Positions 24,544-37,577 are shown, counted from the first letter of the stretch. The stretch is 64,000 bases of DNA from Azolla caroliniana (GCA_043228905.1 JBHGNT010000016.1:13206001-13270000), one strand, 5' to 3'. The notes: generated by a model from the letters alone, not told the origin. Numbers and translations: made by a program.

Positions 24544-26497
24544 TCAATCTGTAGCCGACTTCAGCTCGAAACAAAAAAAACTAATCTCGGTGAGGAACAG
24601 AAAGAAAAAAAGAAGGGATAGAGGTATGGCTAGTTCGCTTCCAACTGAGAAGCTCGATAGAAGTAACTACGCATCTTGGTCATACAGGATGCACCAGTAC
24701 CTGCTCGGACATGGATATCGGAGCTATGTCGATGGAGCAAATGATGCAGCACCCAAATCGACACACAGAGACTTCCCGGCCTGGGAACAGTCGGCGAGCA
24801 GAGTTCTCTACTGCTTCGCATCTTGTGTGAGCGAACAACTCTTGAGCTACATTCGGGATGCAAGAACGCCGAAGGATCCTTGGGGAAATCTGAAAAAGAT
24901 TTTCGCCGGAAGCACCACAGCCAGGAAGCTCCAACTTCGACAGGAGTTGAGCAATGTGCATCAACGTGACATGACGGTGGCTGACTACACCTACAAGATA
25001 TTTAAGGATATATGCGACTCCCTCACCTCCATCCCTGTGAACGTTGTGGAGGGCGAAATGGTGCAGATCTGTCTCAGAGGATTGGCGTCGAAGTTTGGAG
25101 CATTGCGAACTGCTATTTGTACAAGGGGAATACGCCATCATTTTTCAACTTGTAGTAGATGCTCCTTGTAGAGGAGAATCACACGGGTGTGTCGACGAGT
25201 ACACACACGGATAGCAAGATGTTGTACACGGAGGTTAAGTTCCCCTCAGTCACGTCGGGCAAAAAGAGAAACTAATAAACATGTTACTCCTCCCGACAAT
25301 TACGAAGAATCTATTGTCGGTTGGACAGATCGTCGACCAGGGGATGCAAGTCTTGTTCACGCATCTCAGATGCTTCATCGAGGAAGAAGGCCAAGTGATT
25401 GCGCAAGGGCGTAGAGATGGGAGGTTGTTCATCCTCGATACCAATGACGTAGGCATCGCCATGTTTGCGAAAGGGTAAAAAGTAGAGTTTGATATCGACT
25501 TGTGGCATAAGTGGATAGGCCACGTCAACTACGAAAAGTTTCAGGACTAGCAATTGAAACAGGGTGTGTTCAGATTGCCGAAATTCAATGGTTGAAAGGC
25601 CCAAATTTGTGAAGCTTGCCAGCGAGGGAAGCAACAACGACTTCCTTTCCCCAATGAGCGTAAGCAGAGCTGAAATAAGCTCGACTTGATACCTTCAGAT
25701 GTATGGGGACCGACACAGAATGTCAGTCTTGGCGGGAGTCGATATTTTGTCTCCTTCATCGACGACTCCACATGGCACACATGGATCTACTTCACCGAAA
25801 AGAAGACTGAAGTCTTTGACTCTTACCGAAACCTCAAAAATCTTGTCGAAAGGGAAACAGGGAGGAAGATCAAGTGCCTGTGGTTGGATGGCGGAAAAGA
25901 GTACTTTCCCGGCCAATTCAATAGTTATCTGCAACAAATGGGAATTCAGTGCGAATTCAATTGCAGGTGTACACCGGAGCAAAACGACGTAACTGAAAGG
26001 AAGAATTGGTCGGTTGTGGAAGCGGCGTGGGCAATGCTGGAAGAAAAGAGCATGCCCAAGTTCTATTAGGCCGAAGCGGTCAAAACCGCAGTCTACATCC
26101 ATAATCGGATTGGAGAAAAAGTGTCGGCACATGAGCTGTATTTTGGAAGGAATATGAATGTACAACAGTTGAGGGTTTTCGGTAGCATCGCGTATGTGCA
26201 TGTACTGAAGGACAAGTGGAGGAAGTTGGATGTGAAAGCCGAGAAGTGTATCTTGGTCAACTACTCGGATGAACAGAAGGGTTATAAGTGTTATAACCCC
26301 CGAACCAAACAAGCTCACATAAGTTGCGATGTCGTGTTCGATGAGTCCGCGTCTTAGTATTTGCCTCTGACTCCGGACCTCAACTCCAATCCGAGTTCTG
26401 AAGATGAGGTTAGGGAGGCTGCGATGCCTCCTGATGAACGCGAAGTCGAAACTCTTGAAGAGAGTCCGATCTCATTTCGGCCAAGTGGACCGAATGA
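24544..26497 (+). mobile_element. Element F: truncated Ty1/Copia (gag, internal deletion, PR end, integrase); same family as E and G
   Basis: MASSLPTEKLDRSNYASW gag start; deletion at ~25233 removes the zinc knuckle and PR active site; SDVWGP integrase; ends abruptly at ~26497. Confidence 0.9.
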
Positions 26498-27183
26498 GCT
26501 CCCGATTCGTCTTCTAGTTCCAGGCCCTTCACCACATCGGACCATGTTTGGGTCTTGGCCTTCTTGTTCCGGTCGGCTCTGTCCTTCTTGACTCTGCCTC
26601 CGCTGCCGCTTGTTCCGACTTGTTCGGATGTGTCAACTTCCTTTGTCGACTCGGCTCCTTTCTTCTTCCTGTCTCTCCCCTTGTCAGTTCTTCCCCCACT
26701 GGCGCAATCGGCAGTCTCTTTGCCTTTGCCCGTTCCGGTGGTGTCTTTGCCCATTCTCCCCCTCAAGTGTGGCACGTCGAGATGCTGAACACCAAGCATT
26801 TTGGTGAAGTGCTACAACTTGTTTGATCCAAGCAGTTTGGTGAAGATGTCGGCAACTTGCTGATCCGTATGAACATACCGAAGTTCGACTTCACCACTCA
26901 GGACACGCTCACGCAAGAAGTGGTAGTGCACTTCGATGTGCTTTGTGTGAGTATGGAGTACGGGGTTCTTGGCAAGATGCATGCTGCTGATGTTGTCGCA
27001 GTAGATTAGGATCGGGGTCGGCACCTTGATCCGCAGGTCTTGCAACAGTCGCCGAAGCCAAATGGCTTCACATGTGGCAATGATAGTGCCCCGGTATTCA
27101 GCCTCAGTGCTCGACAGAGCCACTGTTGGCTGCTTTTTGCTACTCCACACAACAACCACGCTACCAAGGGAAAACATATAGCC

Positions 27184-27913
27184 TGTTCGGAGACAGGTCC
27201 CTCCGGATGGGAAGGGAGAAGAACAGTGTGGAACCAGATGAGGAGTACCCGGTTACGGAGAGCCGGATGGTGCAGACCCGGTGAGAACCGGATGAGGAGT
27301 ACCCGGTTACGGAGAGCCGGATGGTGCAGACCCGGTGAGAACCGGATGAGGAGTACCCGGCTACGGAGAGCCGGATGGTGCAGACCCGGTGAGAACCGGA
27401 TGAGGAGTACCCGGCTACGGAGAGCCGGATGGTGAAGACCCGGTGAGGAGTGCTCTTCGGATGAAGAGACATATTCGTAAATATGTTTCTGAGAATCCAT
27501 CATGGCTATATTTGTAAATAGCCGAAAAGTCATATTAGTATAAATATGACTTAGGGCAAACTTTTAGTTGTTGTTGTCATTCTTGTTGGTGCAAGGAGAG
27601 AGAGAGCGCGTAACTGTGTACAGAGAGAGAGAGAGAGAGAAAGAGGTCGTTGCCTCTGTTGTAACCGCCGCCTGTGGCGAGGATCGTGAGCACGAGGTCG
27701 TTGACTCTGTGAACTCACTGTTGTACATTCTAACATAGTGATAGTTTGCAGCCTGTGGGCTGCCGTGGTTTTTCCCTTAGTTTGGGTTTTCCATGTAAAC
27801 ATCATGCGTACTCGTCTCTTCTTCGTGTCGTTCATTATTTCCCGTTTTCTGTGTATGATTCTAAGCTCGGTTGTGGCCGAGCGTTGCGTATAGGGAGCAT
27901 GCAGTTCCGGTCA
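27184..27913 (+). mobile_element. Solo LTR (730 bp, Copia-type) inserted in the RNase H of element E
   Basis: TG..CA ends, perfect 5-bp TSD tagcc (27179-27183 / 27914-27918), TATA at ~27539, gtggtttttccc..gggttttcca motif. Confidence 0.93.
27231..27446 (+). repeat. Four 54-bp tandem repeats in the U3 of the solo LTR
   Basis: gaaccggatgaggagtacccggytacggagagccggatggtgcagacccggtga x4. Confidence 0.95.
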
Positions 27914-30900
27914 TAGCCGGAAGTTGAATGGCAATCTGATGCATCGCCGGCCCAGTCGGCATCCGTGTAACCGACTAGCTCTTCGGTCATACCTCGCCGG
28001 TATAACAGTCCCCGGTCCTTCGTGCCGCTCACATACCACAGTATGCGGTGCGCGCACTGAAGATGCTCGACGGTCGGCTTCTGCATGAATTGGCTAATCA
28101 CACCGACCGGATAGCTGATGTCGGGTCGGGTGATGGTCAAATATATAAGGCTTTGGATAATTTGTCGGAACCGTTTCTCATCGCAGGCCGGTCTGGAGTT
28201 GGGACAGAGCTTCTGTTTCCAGTCCAAGGATGTAGAAATAGGGCGACATTCCGTCATGCCGAACTTGTACAACATATTCAACACATAGTGTCTTTGTTAG
28301 AGCAATATGCCGTCGGGGGTTCGGATCACCTCGATCCCAAAGAAATAGTGAAGGTCCCCCAGGTCCTTCATCTCAAATGCGTCCGATAGCTGGGACTTGA
28401 CTCGACTGATTTCATCGAGTCTGGGTCCGGTGATGACTAGATCATCAACCTACAACAAGATGTACTTTACCTTGTACACCCACTTGCATCCGATCGGTTT
28501 ACTGTGACGGGGAGGGTCAACCAGGTCCCATGTATCGTTGGCATCAAGTGCCTGCATCTCTTCCTCCATAGCGGCACGCCAATTTGCATCCCTTGCCGCT
28601 TCTGCGTAGCTCTCCAGCTCACGCACTTCCGCCACCTTGGTCATGTATGCATAGTGATGCACCATGTACTCATTGTACTCGTACCGCTTAATAGGTTCCT
28701 TCTAGCGGGTTGACCGGCGTAACCCACCGTTACCCAGTTTGAGGCCCTTCTTGGCCGGTTCGGTCTTCGGTGCTGAAGAACCGTCATTTTCCTTTCCGGA
28801 GTCAAATCCACTCGGATCTGACTCAGCATTACTAGTTTCATAATCCGACATCTTCTTCTTCCCCTTCTCTTTGCGCGTGAACCGTTTCCTCGGTTCCTTG
28901 CGCGAGGAGAGCACGACGGAGTCTTCACTACTCGTTGGTTCCTCTTTTGACTAGTCGGATTGACCCAATCTCTCGTTTGGCCCACTCAACCGAAACGATT
29001 CTGGACTCTCTTCTTGAGTCCCGGATTCATCATCTTCTATCTGGACCGGTTCAGGCTCACTAGCCTCATCCTTCGGTATCGGGTCGGGGTCGGAAGTCGG
29101 ATCTGATAAGGCATACCATGATGCCGTCTCATCAAACTCAACATCGCGGCTAACTCGGACCTGCTTCGTCCGGGGGTTATAACACTTATACCCCTTTTGC
29201 TCATGTGAGTATCCGACGAGGATGCACTTCTCCGATTTTGCATCCAGCTTCCTACGTTTCTCATCCGGCACATGCACATATGCTATGCTGCCGAAAATCC
29301 GAAGGTGTCTCAAATTCGGCTTGCGCCCGAAATACAGCTCATGCGCGGACACCTTGTCACTGATCCGGTTTTGGATGTAGACGGCCGTCCGGACCGCCTC
29401 TGCCTAGTAGAAATGGGGCATGCTTTTCTCTTCCAGCATTGCCCTTGCCGCGTTGACAAGCGACCGGTTCTTCCTTTCAGCCACACCATTTTGCTTTGGT
29501 GTTTATCTGCAACTGAACTCTCTCTGAATTCCTGTTTGCTGCAGATAACTGTTGAATTGGCCGGAAAAATATTCTTTTCCGCCATCTGACCGTAGGCACT
29601 TGATCTTCCCCTCCGATTCTTGTTCCACCATGCTTTGGAGGTTCCGAAAACAGTCGAAGACTTCGCTCTTCCACTCAATGAGGTAGATCCATGTGTGCCG
29701 GCTGTAGTCGTCGATGAAGGAGACGAAATATCGACTCCCGCCAAGAATCACGTTCTGTGCCGGTCCCCATACATCTGAATGAATAAGGTCGAGCTTGTTC
29801 CGGCTATGGTTTTGTTCGGTGGGGAATGGAAGCCGGTGTTGCTTCCCGAGTTGGCAGGCTTCACATACTTGGGCCTTCCGGCCACTGAACTTCGGCAAAC
29901 CCAAAAACAACTTGTTTCGTTTGCAGGTCTTCAAGCCTCCGGTAATTGACGTGGGCGATCCACTTGTGCCAGAGATCGATGTCTGATTCAATCTTCTGTC
30001 CTTTGGCGAACAAAGCGGTGCCAACGTCATTGGTGTCGAGGATGAATATCCTCCCGTCTCTGCGCCCTTGCGCAATAATCTGGCCCTCCTCGTTGATGAA
30101 GCACCTGAGGTGCGTAAACCGCACCTGCATTCCTTGGTTTAAGAATTAGGGTTCTTCTTGATAGGCGGAACGTGTAATACGTTCATCAGCTTCCCCCTTT
30201 GTCCGACATGGCTTAAAGGGACTTCACCGATATGCACGATTGGGTGAGGAGTGTCGTCTCCGGTTTTGACACCTCCCGGTTGTTCCGGTTTCTCCAGGAA
30301 GGAGAACCACTCTTTGTGGTTCGTCATGTGATTTGATGCACCGGAATCAACATACCACACTTCCTCCGATTTGGAAGTGGTCTTCTTCATCGAATTTGCC
30401 TCATGCTTCATCACCAAGGCTGGCCCCTTACCGGTCTCCCCGGTTCCGGATCCTTTCGATCCTTGCGTGTAGTGCGAGCGTTGCCGGTTCTCCCGACCGG
30501 TTTGGCCGGATCCAGATCTGTCCGAATCGGCGCACTTCTTCGAGCACTCACTTTCTCTGTGGCTCTTTTTGCCACAGTACCAGCATTTCATGGCGGATTT
30601 GTCTTGCCGGCCTCCGGCGCCACCTTGACTCCCCCTGGTTGTGGAGGTCCCGGAACTGCTGTCGGCATTGTTTTTGTGGCGTTGGTCTTGCCCTTGCCGG
30701 CCGCCTCCATTGCGTGCCGACCCGCCTCGTCCACCACGCCCATGGGGCCGATCCACCTCCGTGTACAACATCCGGCTGTCGGTGGGTGCACTTGTTGACG
30801 CACCGACATGGTTCTCCTCTACAAGGAGCATCGACTGTAAGTTGAAAAATGACAGCGTATTCTCCCTCGTACATACTGCTGTTCGGAAAGCTCAGAACTT

Positions 30901-31197
30901 AGACTCTAGGCCCCCAAGACAAACCTGTACCATCTCGTCTTCCTCTACAATGACGTTGATAGAGGCAAGCGAGTCACAGATCTCTTTGATTCGGGCCGTG
31001 TAACCAGCCACCGACATGTCCTTCTGTCGGACATTGCTCAACTCCTGTCGGAGTTGCAGCTTCCAGGCTGTAGTGCTTGCCGCGAACACCTTCTTCAGGT
31101 TTCCCCAAGCCTCTTTCGGCGTCTTGGCATCTCGGATGTGGCTCAGCAGCTGGTCTCCGAAACTGGACGCAAAGCAGTACATCACTCTGCTTGCCGA

Positions 31198-31607
31198 GTC
31201 AGGAATAGTACTAAAACAGAGATGGAATTAGTACTAAGAAGAGTAGTACTATTAGTACTAAGAGGAGAGAGAGAGAGATAGCGAGGATGAGAGAGAGAGA
31301 AAAGATGATGACAGCAGCTAATATATTATGTGAAAAGATAAGTACAAAGCGGATGAGAGGCTTAAGACTGGCGTTGAACCAATTTGGTTCAACATAATGC
31401 CTAGTGCCTTCTTTTATAGTGTTGTCAGGAGTAATCCTGAAACTTCTAGAATGTTCCAGAGAAATCTGGAATATACATTATTTTCTTATAATAAAACATA
31501 AATGAAAATAATATCCAATGAATTACAATAGATGGTTAAGAGCTCGACCCATATACTATAAGGTCATGGGTTCGAGTCTTGCCATATCATGACACCATAT
31601 CATGACA
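31198..31607 (-). repeat. 3' LTR of element C
   Basis: Direct repeat of 41540-41958; lacks the terminal base and an 8-bp insertion present in the other copy. Confidence 0.95.
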
Positions 31608-31618
31608 CTATCTCCCCC

Positions 31619-32691
31619 TTAAAGACGACGAGTGGAACGAGTCGGCGTTGATTGCGGACCGGGTTTGTCCGGATACTTTCGGTGGAAATCAACAAGCAGA
31701 TCCTGAGCATTGGCAACATGCTCGACGGGTTCCCAAGTGCGTTCGCTCGGACTATAACCAACCCAATCGACCAAATAATAAAGTTTGTTGCGAATAAGTT
31801 TGGAATCGAGGATGGCAACAACTTCATACTCTGGGCTGGCGTCCAACTCCAGCGGGGGCGGCGGTGGTGTAACACGATCGGGAATGGTGTTTGCTTTATA
31901 AGGTTCAAGAAGAGAACAATGGAAAACCGGATGTATCTGAAGCTGCGGAGGGAGATCAAGGCGAAATGTGACATCATTAACCTTATTCGTAATACGGAAA
32001 GGACCGAGTCGACGATAATCCAACTTGTCGCACGGTCGAGTAGTCTTGATGTGACGACGTAAGAGCCATACTCGATCTCCGATGGCAAAAGAGGAGGGAA
32101 GCCGATGACGATCCTCGTAAGTCTTCTGTGTCTGTTGAGCATGATGAAGATGAGTCGAGAGATCTCTCCAAATGATCCCCGGCACGAGGATTGGTAGGTA
32201 GCTCCGGGGTGTCGATCACCGACCAACGAGGATGAGAACCGGTATAAGCGTAGAATGGGGAGACTCGAGTCGAGGAGTGAACAACATTATTATACGCAAA
32301 CTCCGCAAAGTGGAGAATCTCAGCCCAATCGTCCTGTTGATAACTCAGGAAACACCGGAGATATTGCTCTAGCGTTTGGTTTGTTCGTTCTGCCTGCCCA
32401 TCGGTCTGAGGATGGTAGCCGGAGGAGAGGTTGCAAGAGACCTTGAGCATCTTGAAGAGATGCTGGCAAAATTTGGAGACAAATTGCGGTCCTCGGTCAC
32501 TGATGATACTGTCTGGGAGGCCATGATGCCGAAATACCTCACGCATGACTAGGGCGGCGGTTTCCTCGCTAGTGATGGCCTTAGTACACGGAACAAAATG
32601 TGCCATCTTCGTATATCGATCGACGACGGTTAAGATAGCATCGAACCCTTGCGAGACCGGCAGATCTGTGATAAAATCAAGACAAATAGAC
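31619..32691 (-). pseudogene. Integrase core, GPY/F module and chromodomain of element C (frameshifted)
   Basis: LDFITDLP, ISDRGPQF, PQTDGQAER, LGPF, IHPVFH, C-terminal chromodomain. Confidence 0.92.
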
Positions 32692-32973
32692 TGTTGGGTA
32701 TGTGAGGAAGAGTGGGAAACACACAAGAAGCTCAAAGAAAGAAACACTCACACAAGGAAGGCAATGGCTGGAATAGCTCTCTATTGATGAATATTCCTAA
32801 AAAAATAGGAGCTGAAATATATATCCCTAAGTACTAAGTACCACCACATATGAGTGACTCATGTATGTGGTAACATGGGGAAAAAACCTCTAGCCAGCAC
32901 TAGAGTAAAAAGTGCCCATGTATAGGGAAAATGGTTCACATCAAAGCTACTAGAGGAACACGCAAGTGTAACA
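32692..32973 (-). repeat. 3' LTR of element D
   Basis: No differences seen versus 37578-37859; G-rich PPT adjacent at ~32976-32983 (minus strand). Confidence 0.98.
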
Positions 32974-33019
32974 AACCCCCCTGGAGCGAATGATGTGAAC
33001 ATGTACAAGGAGTGACAGA

Positions 33020-36000
33020 TCAGCCCCCACAAGGCAATAAGCCTAAAGCTTTGCGAAAAGCTTCAAACTTTTCTTGTGGAAGAGCTTTGGTGAATATGTC
33101 TGCCACGTTATCTTGTGTAGGCACATATACCAAATCAATATCTCCTGCATGAAAGCGCTCTCTCACATAGTGATAATGCACCTCAATGTGTTTGGTCCGT
33201 GCATGAAATACAGGATTTCGTGCAACAGCCAATGCACTCTGACTATCTGTGAGAATACGTGTAGCAACTTCAATCTCCATGCAAAGATCCATCAAAAGGC
33301 GTCTTAGCCATATACACTCCACTGTAGCTGTGAAAACTGCCCTGTACTCAGCTTCACAACTTGATGTCGCCACTGTAGGTTGCTTTTTACTCAACCAAGA
33401 TATACATGAGTTTCCAAAGAAAAAGCAATTACCACTAGTGGACACGCGAGTATCATAACAACCAGCCCAATCACTATCTGTAAAAGCATGCAAGCATGGC
33501 TGAGTATCTCTGCCATAAAAGAGACCCAAGCTCAAAGTGCCTCTAAGATATCTGAACACACGTTTCACTGCTTGCCAATGCTTAGTGCCAGGGCTATGCA
33601 TGAATCGACTCAATTGGGAGACTGCATACTGTATATCCGGCCTTGTATTGCATGCATATATAAGACATCCCACAACTTGTTGATAAAGAGAAGTATCAAA
33701 CGCATCACTAGAATCCTCAACAGAGAACCTAAATCCTGTCTCCACAGGTGTATAAACCGGCTTGCAATCCTCAAAGTCAAAACGCTGAAGTAGTTTTTCA
33801 ACATACTTTCCTTGATGCATAAACATTCCCCCCTCAACGGATACAAACTGGATGCCAAGATAGTAGCTCAAAAGACCAAGATAAGTGACTTCAAAAGTAT
33901 GCTGCAAATCAGCCATAAGAAAATCGAGTTTTGCATCACATGACCCAGTCAAGAGTATGTCATCAACATAAAGAACGAGCACTAGAAGATCAGCCCCATC
34001 TTTGTGTACATAAAGTGTGCTTTCAATCGGACTACATGTGAAGCCAAGAGAAATCAAGTGCTTATGGATTTTTTCATACCATGCACGCGGAGCTTGCTTG
34101 AGACCATACAAGGCCTTATGCAAGCGACAAACCATATGCTCTTTCTCTTTCGTAGCAAATCCAGGAGGTTGCTTCACATAAACCTCTTCTTGCAAATCAC
34201 CATTTAAAAAGGCTGTTTTTATGTCCAATTGATGCATTTTCCAACCTCTTTGGGCAGCCAATGCAACCACGGTACGAATGGTACTCATGCGTGAAGTAGG
34301 TGCAAAAGTTTCCTCATAATCAATGCCATATTGTTGGGCATATCCTTTGGCAACCAATCTAGCTTTGTAGCGATCAATACTACCATCGGGCTTTCGTTTA
34401 ATCTTGTAAACCCACCTAGTACCAATCACATTCTTTCCTTTTGGCAATTCACATAACTCCCAAGTACCATTTTTATGAATGGAATCCATTTCTGATTGCA
34501 TAGCACTCATCCAATGTGGATCATCACATGCATCTTCAAAAGTAAGTGGCTCCTCATTACATGCTATTGCAACAATAGAATAATCCACAAAATTACCTGA
34601 TGCATGGCGAGAGCTTGATCTTGTTTTACCAAGTAAAGGTGCACTCAATTTGCTATCTTGCAAAGTTTGTTTCAGCCACCTCGGCATAGTTTGTGACCTC
34701 TCGATAGCCATACGTTCATTATGTAATACATCTTCAATATGTACATCATGCGTGGGCTGAATTTCATGCTCATTTTCAGCCACATTTGGTTGGACATTTC
34801 GTGCATTTTCAACACTTATTTGCTGGAAATTTTTATCCCTTTGAGACTCACTTGGCTGGTCTACATGTCCATGGTCAAGCGCAGCACTTTGGAACAAAGG
34901 CATGAGTGTATCAAACACATCTTGTGAGCTAACTGTTGGTTGTTTTTTGCATTCAAGAAAAGGGAAAGCTGAATTTTCAGCAAATACCACATCTCGACTC
35001 ACAATAATTGTGTCCGTCAATGGATGGTACAAACGATATCCCTTACTTTCCGCACTATAACCAACAAATATGCATTTCTTTGCCTTGTCATCAAGTTTGT
35101 GACGTTGTTGTGATGGCACAAGAGCATATGCCAAACAACCGAACACACGCATATGACTAACCATAGGTTTATGTCCATTCCAAGCCTCATATGGCGTAAT
35201 GACTCTCAACGCTTTTGTAGGGCAACGATTCAACACATAATTTGCACACATAACCGCTTCCATCCAAAACTTGTTAGGAAGATGCTTTCCTTTAACCATA
35301 CATCGTGCCATCTCTAAGAGTGTTCTATTTTTGCGTTCTGCAACACCATTTTGTTGAGGTGTATATGGCACCGTACATTGATGTAAAATACCTCTTTCAC
35401 AAAGAAAAGCATTAAACTCATGTGACATATATTCGCCACCACGATCCGTGCGTAGAGTCAAGAGCTTATTTGCGGAAAAATTTTCAGCCATAGCTAAAAA
35501 TGATTTGAAGCAAGAAAAGACTTCATTCTTTGCTTTCATAGGATACACCCATGTATGACGAGTAGCATCATCAATGAAGGTAACAAAATATACATGCTTT
35601 CCAAAAGATGGAGTCTTTACAGGACCACACACATCACTATGAACAAGTTGTAATTTTCTTGTAGTGTGTGTATGACTATCTTTTGGAAAAGAAGCACGAT
35701 GCATTTTTCCAAGAATGCAACCTTCACATGCATGTTTTTCAATGGACTCAAGTGTAGGCAACCCAATAACCATATCCTTCTTTTGCAAGTGAAGCAAACT
35801 ATTGAAGTTCAAGTGACCAAAACGAGCATGCCAAAGCTCCATTTCAGCCATGGAAGAAGTATGTACAGCCAAGGCATTTAGAGAAGCCCTCTTGTATGTA
35901 TCTAAACGGTACAAGCCATTGCATAATGTACCGGACATCACGATAACATCACCATTGCTATAATCGTGAACCATGCACTTATCATCAACAAAATGTACAT

Positions 36001-37291
36001 GAAGTCCGGCTTTGGCAATCAAAGGAACCGAAATTAAGTTCTTCTTGATACCGGGCACATACAATACATTCTTTAAGATGACAACACCTCCATTTGCAGC
36101 CGAAAGCTCAATTTCTCCTACTCCAATGATAGGATAAGAGGCATTGTTTGCACACACCACATGTCCACCTTTGGGTGCATCTTTCAAGGATGCAAAAAAA
36201 CTTTTGCATGAAGTAATGTGCTTTGAAGCACCACTATCAAAGAACCAATCCGAATCAATCTCACTTACAACCATACATTTAGAGTGCAATGATGCATCAT
36301 AATGATATGTAACAACACATGCCCAATAATCTTGAGCCATGTTGGCCTCATCACTCTTTGCACTTGAAACATTTTCAGAAATGGTCACGCCGGATTCCTT
36401 CTTCTTCTCATTGCGCTTAACAAGCTTTCTACATTCTTCAATCGTATGGCCAACCTTTCGACAATATTTGCATCTTTTCTTCTTTTGCAAATCACCATCA
36501 TTAGAGGAATAAGTGAAAGAGGGAGGTTGAGGCTTTGGTTTTGAAGAACCAAAAGCTGAACCATGCTTGCCTTTTCCTTTTTGTGAGATAGCAAGTGCTT
36601 GTGTTCCCTCTATCAAACCACTTCTATTCACTCTAGATTGTTCTTCTTGCAAAAGAAGAGACACAACCTCATCAAATGCGTACATATCCGTATTCCCTTT
36701 TGCAACCAAACGAATAGTAGTAGCAAAGCTTTGAAAAGATTCGGGTAATCCTTTCAACAACGTAGAGACAAGTGATGTATTCGAAATGATCTCATCAATG
36801 TTTGCCAATTGCTCTTTCAAATCTTTAATGCGTGTCACATACACATCTACCGACTCATTTTCAGCCATATATACATCCTCAAGTTGCTTTCTCAAATATG
36901 CAACACGTGCTTCGTTACGCACGGCATACAACGAAGCAAGAGTGTCCCATGCTTGTTTGGACGTAGAGCATGACCGAATATGTGGAACTATATGACGCTT
37001 CACAGAAAGTGCAATCAATGCATGAGCTTGAGCATCTTTTCCATCCCATCTAAGTTGCTCTTGTGTTGGTGGAGTAGATGAAGTCACTGTGCTCGAAGAT
37101 GAACCTGTATCTGTGATAGTAGATTGTGAAGTAGTAGGACCGGCGGGTCGTCGATCTACATCTACCACTATCTTCCATAGTTGTTTGGCAACAAGAACGT
37201 GTTTCATCATGTAGGACCACATTGGATAGTTTGTCCCATCAAGCTTATCTTCAGCTTGAAGCATGCCAAACAAATCACCATTGTTTGCCAT
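33020..37291 (-). CDS. Copia Gag-Pol polyprotein (~1423 aa from the first ATG)
   Basis: CKYCRKVGHTIEEC knuckle, WFFDSGAS protease, WHARFGH..CEGC and DDE integrase, LYVDD RT, RNase H ADIFTKAL; no stops or frameshifts. Confidence 0.97.
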   Translation of the reverse strand: MANNGDLFGMLQAEDKLDGTNYPMWSYMMKHVLVAKQLWKIVVDVDRRPAGPTTSQSTITDTGSSSSTVTSSTPPTQEQLRWDGKDAQAHALIALSVKRHIVPHIRSCSTSKQAWDTLASLYAVRNEARVAYLRKQLEDVYMAENESVDVYVTRIKDLKEQLANIDEIISNTSLVSTLLKGLPESFQSFATTIRLVAKGNTDMYAFDEVVSLLLQEEQSRVNRSGLIEGTQALAISQKGKGKHGSAFGSSKPKPQPPSFTYSSNDGDLQKKKRCKYCRKVGHTIEECRKLVKRNEKKKESGVTISENVSSAKSDEANMAQDYWACVVTYHYDASLHSKCMVVSEIDSDWFFDSGASKHITSCKSFFASLKDAPKGGHVVCANNASYPIIGVGEIELSAANGGVVILKNVLYVPGIKKNLISVPLIAKAGLHVHFVDDKCMVHDYSNGDVIVMSGTLCNGLYRLDTYKRASLNALAVHTSSMAEMELWHARFGHLNFNSLLHLQKKDMVIGLPTLESIEKHACEGCILGKMHRASFPKDSHTHTTRKLQLVHSDVCGPVKTPSFGKHVYFVTFIDDATRHTWVYPMKAKNEVFSCFKSFLAMAENFSANKLLTLRTDRGGEYMSHEFNAFLCERGILHQCTVPYTPQQNGVAERKNRTLLEMARCMVKGKHLPNKFWMEAVMCANYVLNRCPTKALRVITPYEAWNGHKPMVSHMRVFGCLAYALVPSQQRHKLDDKAKKCIFVGYSAESKGYRLYHPLTDTIIVSRDVVFAENSAFPFLECKKQPTVSSQDVFDTLMPLFQSAALDHGHVDQPSESQRDKNFQQISVENARNVQPNVAENEHEIQPTHDVHIEDVLHNERMAIERSQTMPRWLKQTLQDSKLSAPLLGKTRSSSRHASGNFVDYSIVAIACNEEPLTFEDACDDPHWMSAMQSEMDSIHKNGTWELCELPKGKNVIGTRWVYKIKRKPDGSIDRYKARLVAKGYAQQYGIDYEETFAPTSRMSTIRTVVALAAQRGWKMHQLDIKTAFLNGDLQEEVYVKQPPGFATKEKEHMVCRLHKALYGLKQAPRAWYEKIHKHLISLGFTCSPIESTLYVHKDGADLLVLVLYVDDILLTGSCDAKLDFLMADLQHTFEVTYLGLLSYYLGIQFVSVEGGMFMHQGKYVEKLLQRFDFEDCKPVYTPVETGFRFSVEDSSDAFDTSLYQQVVGCLIYACNTRPDIQYAVSQLSRFMHSPGTKHWQAVKRVFRYLRGTLSLGLFYGRDTQPCLHAFTDSDWAGCYDTRVSTSGNCFFFGNSCISWLSKKQPTVATSSCEAEYRAVFTATVECIWLRRLLMDLCMEIEVATRILTDSQSALAVARNPVFHARTKHIEVHYHYVRERFHAGDIDLVYVPTQDNVADIFTKALPQEKFEAFRKALGLLPCGG

Positions 37292-37560
37292 TTTACCAAA
37301 GAACAAGAAAGTGGTAAAATATTACCTCAACAAATCGGAAATGAGTGCTGAAAATGCAGCTCACAAACTATCACTCGGATGACGATTTCGACTACATGAA
37401 CGGCTTCGAAATGGGGGTAAAACAGCAGGGTACCTGCTGAAAATGCGCTCCAAGTGCTGAAATACACTTCTCTATATTCGGAAGTTGATTTGCACAATGA
37501 AAAGTGCGCGCGCGCCGCGACACCGCGATGCGGACAACCGAAGATGGAGAGGATGAAGAA

Positions 37561-37576
37561 CTTGGCTCTGATACCA
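37561..37576 (-). promoter_or_regulatory. PBS of element D (tRNA-iMet)
   Basis: TGGTATCAGAGCCAAG 1 nt from the 5' LTR. Confidence 0.95.
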
Positions 37577-37577
37577 C

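Noticed and set aside
27006-27533. ORFs with 18-aa repeats on both strands
   Set aside because: By-product of the 54-bp (3n) tandem repeat inside a solo LTR
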